IMG/VR virus record: IMGVR_UViG_3300036770_007495
Coordinates: 62,001 to 126,000 of that record
Direction: 5' to 3' (one strand)
Length of the DNA: 64,000 nucleotides
In this document: positions 6,338 through 12,845 of the stretch, in pieces
Layout: every line of letters begins with the position of its first letter
Numbering within the stretch: the first letter of the stretch is position 1
Made by a program: the position numbers and the translations under genes
Notes under the pieces: generated by a model
What the model was told of the DNA's origin: nothing
The model's database searches: none
Seen by the model: the letters and a program-made list of their open reading frames with translations, nothing else

Positions 6338-6404
6338 GGCTCGTCGCTGGTTAATTCTAGACACCTGGTCTTCCAACGTCGCAGGTGAAGTTAACGAGCC
6401 GCCA
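6338..6404 (+). ncRNA. T-armless tRNA-like RNA
   Basis: ggctcgt/acgagcc+GCCA; ctgg/ctag; cacctg/caggtg. Confidence 0.5.
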
Positions 6405-6408
6405 ATTT

Positions 6409-6837
6409 ATGAAAACAAAAATGCTGATATTTGGTTTGCCGGGATCCGGCAAAACCACTCTTGCAAAAAAGTTAGTTGGTGCAGTTGCTGACTCTATGCA
6501 CATCAATGCTGATGCAGTTAGAAGTGCAGTTGATGATTGGGATTTTTCGCAACAAGGCCGCATTCAACAAGCACATAGAATGCATCAATTGAGTGAAGCA
6601 AGCAATGCTGCTCTTGTAGTTTGTGACTTTGTCTGTCCTTACCAAAGCACAAGAGATGCATTGTTCAATGATTACTTTCAAGTGTTCATGGATACCATCA
6701 AGAGCAGCAGATTTGCTGATACAGATGCAATTTTTGAACATGTCAATTATTGTGATTTTCGAATTACAAATTTTGACCAAACAGAAATTTTTATCAAATT
6801 CATTGTTGATTTAGTTGTAAAACCATCCATTGTATAA
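6409..6837 (+). CDS. adenylylsulfate kinase-like P-loop kinase
   Basis: GLPGSGKTT, NADAVR, WDFS..GR, DFVCP. Confidence 0.75.
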   Translation: MKTKMLIFGLPGSGKTTLAKKLVGAVADSMHINADAVRSAVDDWDFSQQGRIQQAHRMHQLSEASNAALVVCDFVCPYQSTRDALFNDYFQVFMDTIKSSRFADTDAIFEHVNYCDFRITNFDQTEIFIKFIVDLVVKPSIV

Positions 6838-6856
6838 GAGTAAATAAACAACAAAA

Positions 6857-6939
6857 GCCCCGGTAGCGGATCCGCCTTCTAAGCGGAGCATTGTACCGTA
6901 ATTGGACGCATACAGGTTCGAGTCCTGTTCGGGGTACCA
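6857..6939 (+). tRNA. tRNA-Arg(TCT), D-arm-rewired
   Basis: gccccgg/tcggggt+ACCA; tccgc-ctTCTaa-gcgga; gcgg 6866-69 pairs ccgt 6896-99 followed by AATTGGA. Confidence 0.8.
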
Positions 6940-6950
6940 CTTTTCAAAAA

Positions 6951-7027
6951 TCCCTGCGTATCATAATTAGCTAATGTCCTCGCCTGTGAAGCGAGCTAAG
7001 ACGGGGCAGAACCGTCCCAGGGAACCA
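6951..7027 (+). tRNA. tRNA-His(GTG) lacking G-1:C73
   Basis: ctcgc-ctGTGaa-gcgag; ACCA. Confidence 0.75.
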
Positions 7028-7030
7028 TTT

Positions 7031-7215
7031 CCGGAATAGTTGCAAACGAGGGTTCGAAACCTCAAATAGCATCTAACAGAGATTCAAAGCATCGAAGTTT
7101 ATAGGTTGAACGGGACCCTGACAGGTTGATGGTGTGTTCGAGTGCACACGTGCTTTGAGTCTCGATAATTTATCTGGCTGTTGCAATGAGGTAAAGACCC
7201 AACGCAATGCCAAAT
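7031..7215 (+). ncRNA. structured RNA with T-loop-like hairpins
   Basis: gagattcaaagca/tgctttgagtctc; gagg-gttcgaaa-cctc; gtgtg-ttcgagtg-cacac. Confidence 0.45.
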
Positions 7216-7369
7216 AGTCCAAAAAGTAAAAGTAAAATATTCATAGGGGCTGCGTTCTCAAAACTATGGCAAAGATTTTGCTATAGCAATGAAAATAACA
7301 GCAATGCATGAAATTCCAAAAAACATGTGGATTATTTCATAGAAGTTCATATAGTTATTTAGTCAAAAT

Positions 7370-7457
7370 GCTGGTGTGGCTGAGCGGTCTAAAGCACTTG
7401 CCTTGTAAGCAAGCGGGAGTGATCCCATCGTCAGTTCGAATCTGACCACCAGCTCCA
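7370..7457 (+). tRNA. tRNA-Thr(TGT) with long variable arm
   Basis: cttgc-ctTGTaa-gcaag; V arm ggga-gtga-tccc. Confidence 0.85.
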
Positions 7458-7463
7458 TTTTCC

Positions 7464-7742
7464 ATGAACAATCGTAGATCATTCTTCAAAAGCCTCATTG
7501 GCTTGATCGTTGCACCAAAGGTTGCTGAAGCTCTACCAACAGAAGCTCCAATACCATCAATTCCTGTATATGCTCCAATGAGGAGATTAAGGGCTAATTG
7601 GTCAATTGAAGTGGAGCAAGATCTTATGCGTATGCATGGCATAGACCTTGATGCAATGCTATTAACAAATATGTCAAAAGCAATTCAGGAAGAAATTGAT
7701 AATGACATGGTAAAAAAATTAACAAAGAAAATGGGGAGTTAG
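7464..7742 (+). CDS. Tat-like signal fused to a major-capsid-protein fragment
   Basis: NRRSFFK; C-terminal half aligns to gp23 of this window. Confidence 0.75.
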   Translation: MNNRRSFFKSLIGLIVAPKVAEALPTEAPIPSIPVYAPMRRLRANWSIEVEQDLMRMHGIDLDAMLLTNMSKAIQEEIDNDMVKKLTKKMGS

Positions 7743-7806
7743 TATAGAAGCAGTACATTGGCTCGACACGCCAAAGAAGAAGGAGCGTTACCTTCACTCC
7801 CTACCA
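7733..7806 (+). tRNA. tRNA-Val(GAC)
   Basis: ttggc-tcGACac-gccaa; ACCA. Confidence 0.8.
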
Positions 7807-7807
7807 T

Positions 7808-7882
7808 GGTTCCTAAGCATAGATAGCGATGCACACGATTGGTATTTGTGATAGAGGAGTGCAAATCTCCTAGGAACCTCCA
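7808..7882 (+). tRNA. tRNA-Thr(GGT)
   Basis: cacga-ttGGTat-ttgtg; TCCA. Confidence 0.8.
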
Positions 7883-7924
7883 CTCATCGCAGACAACACA
7901 TAAAATGCATGTATGTGAAGCAAC

Positions 7925-8011
7925 TAATAAAAAAACAATGTAGTTGCAAATAGCGAAGTTGAGATTAAAATAATGCACAAGAGCAAGATAAAGCTCAATG
8001 ATCTTTGAAAA
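7925..8011 (+). promoter_or_regulatory. rRNA-like promoter plus boxA-like antiterminator
   Basis: A-tract, TTGCAA-16 bp-TAAAAT, TGATCTTTGAAAA at 7999-8011. Confidence 0.55.
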
Positions 8012-8014
8012 ATT

Positions 8015-8420
8015 CCGTGGTGGCAGAACAATGGGTCGCCAGCCCATAATGCACTAAGCAACGTCTGAAAAGACGCCAGGTAGGTTGAAGAAGTTGTGCC
8101 GGATAAAGCTGAAATAGCCAAGGTTGGCTAACCTTGAGTGACGTAAGAAGACAACAAATCGCAATAATCTTGCTGATGGCTGTATTGTCTTGGAGATAAC
8201 CATTCCTCCCTATCATTAACAGTGAGAGTAATTAACTCATTGGATAGTGGCTGAATAATCCGACACAATGGAGGCTTGTGAGTAGTCAGGAATCTCACCC
8301 ACACTAATTTTGGCTAACGAATTCTGTATGCCACCTCCCGTAACCAATGGAAAAATTACAGAATGCGTTTGTGGGAGTCGCAGAAACCTTCAGTAATTTT
8401 CAACAATCTCGCAAGAGGAT
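8015..8420 (+). ncRNA. large ornate ncRNA candidate (GOLLD/ROOL-class)
   Basis: many complementary segments incl. ggtggca/tgccacc, ttgtgccggat/atccgacacaa, cccaca/tgtggg, attctgta/tacagaat; no credible ORF. Confidence 0.6.
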
Positions 8421-8441
8421 AAAAAGGAAACACACATACAC

Positions 8442-8657
8442 ATGAATAAAAACGCATATGAAATTCGCTTGGAAGTTCTTGGAATGGCTCATGGCACCGT
8501 CTGGAGCCTGTACCATGAAAAGCTCAATGCAATGAGAATCAATGCTGATAAAGCAAATCAGTTCTTTGATGAGACATTGGTTGACAAGCTTGCGCCTAGC
8601 GCAAAGGACGTTTTGTCTTATGCTGCTGAACTCTATGAGTTCGTAGAAGGCAAATAA
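8442..8657 (+). CDS. small hypothetical phage protein
   Basis: AAGGA upstream; MNKNAYEIRLEVL..A...LYEFV pattern typical of T4-like phages. Confidence 0.75.
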   Translation: MNKNAYEIRLEVLGMAHGTVWSLYHEKLNAMRINADKANQFFDETLVDKLAPSAKDVLSYAAELYEFVEGK

Positions 8658-8705
8658 AGTCAAAGTGGTGCTGGATAACCACATTAAACACCAGCTATTT
8701 TCAAT

Positions 8706-8801
8706 GCTCCAGTAGCTCAATTGGTAGAGCGGAAGGCTTATACCCTTCGTATGCACCAGATTAGTGCGCGGTTGTCGGTTCGAGCCCGGCCTGGAGTACC
8801 A
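8706..8801 (+). tRNA. tRNA-Ile(TAT) with long variable arm
   Basis: gaagg-ctTATac-ccttc; canonical D and T arms; ACCA. Confidence 0.85.
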
Positions 8802-8809
8802 TTTTACAT

Positions 8810-9265
8810 ATGAGATTTGAAGGAAAAAAAGTGATTGTTGCAAGTGGATATTTTGACCCACTGCACATTGGTCATGTTGAATATCTCAAACTAGCAAGAA
8901 TGCTGGGTGATATGCTGGTAGTCATTGTCAACAATGACAAGCAAGCTGCTCTCAAAAAAGGAAAATCATTCATGTCTGAAAATGACAGATGGCGCCTTGT
9001 GGGTGAACTCAAATGTGTGGATATTCCAGTTCTCTCCATTGACGATGGTGCATCTGTATCTGATACAATTCAAATGCTTGTAGACAAAGGTTTCAATCCT
9101 GCCATCTTTGCCAAAGGTGGTGATAGATTCAGCAATGAAATACCTGAAGCACAGGTGTGCAGAGAGCATGGTATTCAAATCGTGGATGGTCTTGGAGACA
9201 AGATTAGATCATCATCAGAATTAGTTTCCAACGCATATGAAAGTAGATTACAAATTTGTCCCTAA
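8810..9265 (+). CDS. cytidylyltransferase-family protein (TagD/RfaE-II-like)
   Basis: SGYFDPLHIGH; KGGDR; SSS. Confidence 0.85.
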   Translation: MRFEGKKVIVASGYFDPLHIGHVEYLKLARMLGDMLVVIVNNDKQAALKKGKSFMSENDRWRLVGELKCVDIPVLSIDDGASVSDTIQMLVDKGFNPAIFAKGGDRFSNEIPEAQVCREHGIQIVDGLGDKIRSSSELVSNAYESRLQICP

Positions 9266-9590
9266 AGGATGGGGGTTTGAAAAGTGGATTTGCAACAATG
9301 AAAAATATTGCGGCAAATTGCTCTTCATTGCCAAAGATAAGAAGATTTCTTGGCATTATCACAAACTCAAGGATGAACATTTTTACATCAACAAAGGTTC
9401 AGTAATAGTCCTTTATGGTGACAATAAAAATATCAATTTAGCTACATCTGAAATTCTGAAGCAAGGTGATGTATTTCATGTTCCAGTTGGAATGATTCAC
9501 AGATTAATTGCTTTAGAAGATACAGAGGTATTTGAATTTTCGACTCAACATTTTGACGAAGATTCTATCAGAGTGGAAAAAGGTGATTGA
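9237..9590 (+). CDS. cupin-domain protein (sugar isomerase-like)
   Basis: KGWG.E.W, SWHYHKLKDE, G..HR, EFST. Confidence 0.8.
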   Translation: MKVDYKFVPKGWGFEKWICNNEKYCGKLLFIAKDKKISWHYHKLKDEHFYINKGSVIVLYGDNKNINLATSEILKQGDVFHVPVGMIHRLIALEDTEVFEFSTQHFDEDSIRVEKGD

Positions 9591-9592
9591 AT

Positions 9593-9668
9593 GGCCAAGT
9601 GACGGAATGGCATACGTATCGGTCTCAAAAACCGAGTTCTGTGGGTTCGACTCCCACCTTGGCTACCA
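9593..9668 (+). tRNA. tRNA-Leu(CAA), short variable loop
   Basis: tcggt-ctCAAaa-accga; ACCA. Confidence 0.85.
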
Positions 9669-9679
9669 TAAATATACAG

Positions 9680-10063
9680 ATGAACTTTACTGCACTGTAT
9701 GAGCAAAAAATGTACGCTTTGATTTTTGAAAAAAACTATGGAACAATTCCTAATCCTCCAATTGATGTAGTACTCTCAAAAAGGGCAACAAAAGATCTAA
9801 AAAAAGATCCTATGCTTCGTGCCAATTTCATTAAACGAATGAAGAATTGGGAAAATTTACGCCGTGATCGTGTGTGGGAAAAATTAGCTGCATCATCACG
9901 TTTAAATGACAAATTCAACTTGCCCAGAAACATTACAGCTGTTGCTTTGGATTTGGGTGGAGCACATTGGTATAGAGCCATTGGATACATTGATGACAAC
10001 AATGTGTATCAGATTTTCTCCATCATGACGCACGAAGCATTCAATAAAATAGCTGTATCATGA
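9680..10063 (+). CDS. HigB/RelE-like toxin-fold protein
   Basis: C-terminus LDLGGAHWYRAI...IFSIMTHEAFNK resembles HigB pattern IGG.KYRLI...IGTH.EYDK. Confidence 0.55.
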   Translation: MNFTALYEQKMYALIFEKNYGTIPNPPIDVVLSKRATKDLKKDPMLRANFIKRMKNWENLRRDRVWEKLAASSRLNDKFNLPRNITAVALDLGGAHWYRAIGYIDDNNVYQIFSIMTHEAFNKIAVS

Positions 10064-10100
10064 TTTTTTTACAGCATTATGTTATCCGAGAAAATAAATA

Positions 10101-10436
10101 ATGCCAATGAACGACCACAAGAATTTAATCACTGAATTTCTTAGCGGAGGATGGATCATTTTGATCATTGGAGCATCTGGAATGGGTGCAAGAATTCTGT
10201 GCAGTGGTGTTCGTCATTCTGCATTAGAGATCGTTAAAAAAATAATTGCAGCAGCTCTTTGCTCTGGCATTGCTTGGTATGTGTTGGAGCAGACTGATTT
10301 AGCAAGTCTCACCAAAGCAATTGTTTACGGTGTAGTTGGTGTTGTAAGCCCTGAACTCATCAATGGTCTCATCAAGATTGGTGCAAAATTTGCCAAGAAC
10401 CCAACCAAATTCTTCGACGACAACAAGAGCAATTGA
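10101..10436 (+). CDS. holin-like membrane protein
   Basis: 111 aa, three hydrophobic segments, charged C-tail. Confidence 0.55.
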   Translation: MPMNDHKNLITEFLSGGWIILIIGASGMGARILCSGVRHSALEIVKKIIAAALCSGIAWYVLEQTDLASLTKAIVYGVVGVVSPELINGLIKIGAKFAKNPTKFFDDNKSN

Positions 10437-10464
10437 AATTTCATGATTTGCATTAAATAAATGC

Positions 10465-11721
10465 ATGAATCGTAGAGAATTTCTTCGAGTTGGTGCTGCA
10501 GCAGGCATTTCTTTGCCAACAATGTTGCGCAGTCAAGATGCTACCAAAGTCAAAGCAGCATCAGTAATCCAAATCTTCTTGCCTGGTGGCATTGCACATC
10601 AGGATGCATGGGATTACAAACCATATGGATCACCAGAGTATCGTGGTCCATTTGCAGGCATCAAGACCAAAATTGATGGAGTTCACTTTGGTGCATTGTT
10701 GCAAAACACTGCTAAAATCAGCGACAACTTGACTGTGATTCGTTCCATGACACATGGTGAAGCAGCCCACGAACGAGGTGTGCACAACATGTTGACTGGC
10801 TACAGACCTTCACCTGCTTTGACATATCCATCATTTGGAACGGTCATCAATCACGAGTTGGGCGGCAGAAACAACTTGCCTGCATATGTGCTTGTGCCAA
10901 ATCAATTTGCTCCTGAGAATGGCACGGGATATCTATCAACACGTTACGGACCATTTGCAGTGGGGGCAAACCCAGAAGATCCTTCATTCTCCGTAAAGGA
11001 TCTCAAGTCACCTGCAGGAGTAACAGATCAGGCATTTGAACGTCGCAGAGCTCTTCTTGGTGTTGTTGATGACCATTTCAAAACCAGAGAATCACATGTG
11101 GATGCAGTCAAAGCCATGGATTCATTTTATAATGATGCATACAGCATGGTATCATCAACCCAAGCACGAGAAGCATTTGAATTGAGCAAAGAAACTGATG
11201 CAATGCGTGATGCATATGGCAGAAATGCTGCAGGCCAGCGCATGTTGCTGGCTCGCCGATTGGTAGAAGCAGGTGTTCGCATGGTCACTGTCACATATGG
11301 CAGCTGGGATCATCACAGCAATCTCAAAGGTGCGTTTGAGAGCAACATGATGAACTTTGATAAAGCATATGCCATGCTCATTACTGACTTGAAGCAAAGA
11401 GGCTTACTTGATTCTACACTGGTGATGATTACATCAGAATTTGGTCGCACACCAAAGATTAATGGAACCAATGGCCGCGATCACTGGCCTCGTGTGTTTT
11501 CCACTGTGCTTGCTGGGGGTGGAACCAAGGCTGGTTTTGCATATGGAACCAGCGATGCACTTGCTGCGGAACCGGAAACAGATCCTGTTTCGCCTGGTCA
11601 ATTGGCTGCAACCATGTACCATCTCATGGGCATTGATCCAAGAAAGAAGCTCATGACTCCTGATTTAAGACCAGTTGAAATTGTGTATGAAGAAGATCCT
11701 ATTGAAAAGATCTTGGCTTAA
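10465..11721 (+). CDS. DUF1501 protein with Tat signal
   Basis: NRREFL; IFLPGG..HQD.WD.KP; WDHH; SEFGRTPKIN..GRDHWP. Confidence 0.9.
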   Translation: MNRREFLRVGAAAGISLPTMLRSQDATKVKAASVIQIFLPGGIAHQDAWDYKPYGSPEYRGPFAGIKTKIDGVHFGALLQNTAKISDNLTVIRSMTHGEAAHERGVHNMLTGYRPSPALTYPSFGTVINHELGGRNNLPAYVLVPNQFAPENGTGYLSTRYGPFAVGANPEDPSFSVKDLKSPAGVTDQAFERRRALLGVVDDHFKTRESHVDAVKAMDSFYNDAYSMVSSTQAREAFELSKETDAMRDAYGRNAAGQRMLLARRLVEAGVRMVTVTYGSWDHHSNLKGAFESNMMNFDKAYAMLITDLKQRGLLDSTLVMITSEFGRTPKINGTNGRDHWPRVFSTVLAGGGTKAGFAYGTSDALAAEPETDPVSPGQLAATMYHLMGIDPRKKLMTPDLRPVEIVYEEDPIEKILA

Positions 11722-12044
11722 ACACCCTGGTTGGAGTAAGAGAAGAACTGCGATCTAAAAGAAAGCAAACCAGCACCTGCTGTAGTTTTTGCACTAACCT
11801 GAGAGCTGTTTGTTAATCCGCGAAATGTAAACTCTTCATTTGCAGACAACAAGAATGCATTGGTTGTATCAAAATTGTTCTGATCAAAAATGAGTACACC
11901 TTGACCTGTTGTGTTTTTAACAACGACTTCTGAACATACTTGAAATGGCAACTGCTTGAGATTGGTATCGAGAGCAACATTGAATGATTTGCATACATTC
12001 AGGTTGTAGTATGTTACTCCATTGTTTGTTGTGGGTGCTGGCAT
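11718..12044 (-). CDS. small beta-rich late protein
   Basis: TAAATA 5 nt upstream; 108-aa ORF. Confidence 0.65.
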   Translation of the reverse strand: MPAPTTNNGVTYYNLNVCKSFNVALDTNLKQLPFQVCSEVVVKNTTGQGVLIFDQNNFDTTNAFLLSANEEFTFRGLTNSSQVSAKTTAGAGLLSFRSQFFSYSNQGV

Positions 12045-12072
12045 AAGGTTATTTAGTCTGCTAAATACAATT

Positions 12073-12840
12073 ATGAGCTTTACCAGTCTATTTAATGATC
12101 TTCTTTTGGAAAAGAAAGTACTTACAAGAACAGAAATTCAGCAAGATCTGGAAAAGTTCATGGATCATCTCAAAACAAAAAACAATGTTTTGTTTGTAAC
12201 CACCAGCAACAGATGGGCTGGATCAGAGCAAAAAGCTAAATCTACACAATTGGCTTATCACATCAAAGATTCATTAACTGAATGCAACGTCAAAGTCATT
12301 GAAGCAGATAAACTCAACATCAGATGCTGCACAGGCAATGTGAGTTTGGCATCTGGCAACATTTGTGGTGCAAAAGATGCTTTGCTCAAAAGTTCATCAA
12401 AAAATCCAACCGGTCAAATCAGATGCTGGGAAGCCAAACACAGAGATGATGAGTTGTATAAAATTGCAAATGAAGTGTTCAAAGCTGATGCAGTTGTATT
12501 CTTTACAAGTGTAAGGTGGGGCCAAACCAACTCCATCTATCAAAAAGTGATTGAACGACTAACCTGGATAGAAAACAGATGGTCCTGTTTGGGTGAAAGC
12601 AATTTGCTTGAAAACAAAGAAGCAGGCATCATTGTCATTGGACAAAATTGGAAAGACAAGCAAGTTATGCAAACTCAGCGCAGTGTTTTTGAGATGTTTG
12701 GATTCAAATCACCTGCAAATCTCTCCATGTATTGGCAGTTTACTGATGATGCAATGGATGAATCCAAGCAGTCATACAAGGCAGCAGTTTCTCAGTTCCA
12801 AGATGACTTTGATTTAAGACTCCGCAAAAAGACTAAATAA
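12073..12840 (+). CDS. flavodoxin-like / NADPH-dependent FMN reductase family
   Basis: TSNR, C..C cluster, ADAVVFFTSVRWG, IERL. Confidence 0.7.
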   Translation: MSFTSLFNDLLLEKKVLTRTEIQQDLEKFMDHLKTKNNVLFVTTSNRWAGSEQKAKSTQLAYHIKDSLTECNVKVIEADKLNIRCCTGNVSLASGNICGAKDALLKSSSKNPTGQIRCWEAKHRDDELYKIANEVFKADAVVFFTSVRWGQTNSIYQKVIERLTWIENRWSCLGESNLLENKEAGIIVIGQNWKDKQVMQTQRSVFEMFGFKSPANLSMYWQFTDDAMDESKQSYKAAVSQFQDDFDLRLRKKTK

Positions 12841-12845
12841 ATTTT

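Noticed and set aside
305-6491. Track ORFs overlapping tRNAs/ncRNAs (305, 689, 2414, 4548, 5610, 5924, 6285 etc.)
   Set aside because: Shadow frames across RNA genes; no protein motifs.
5564-8420. tmRNA
   Set aside because: The G3:U70 acceptor belongs to an ordinary tRNA-Ala; no tag frame or second Ala-type end found.
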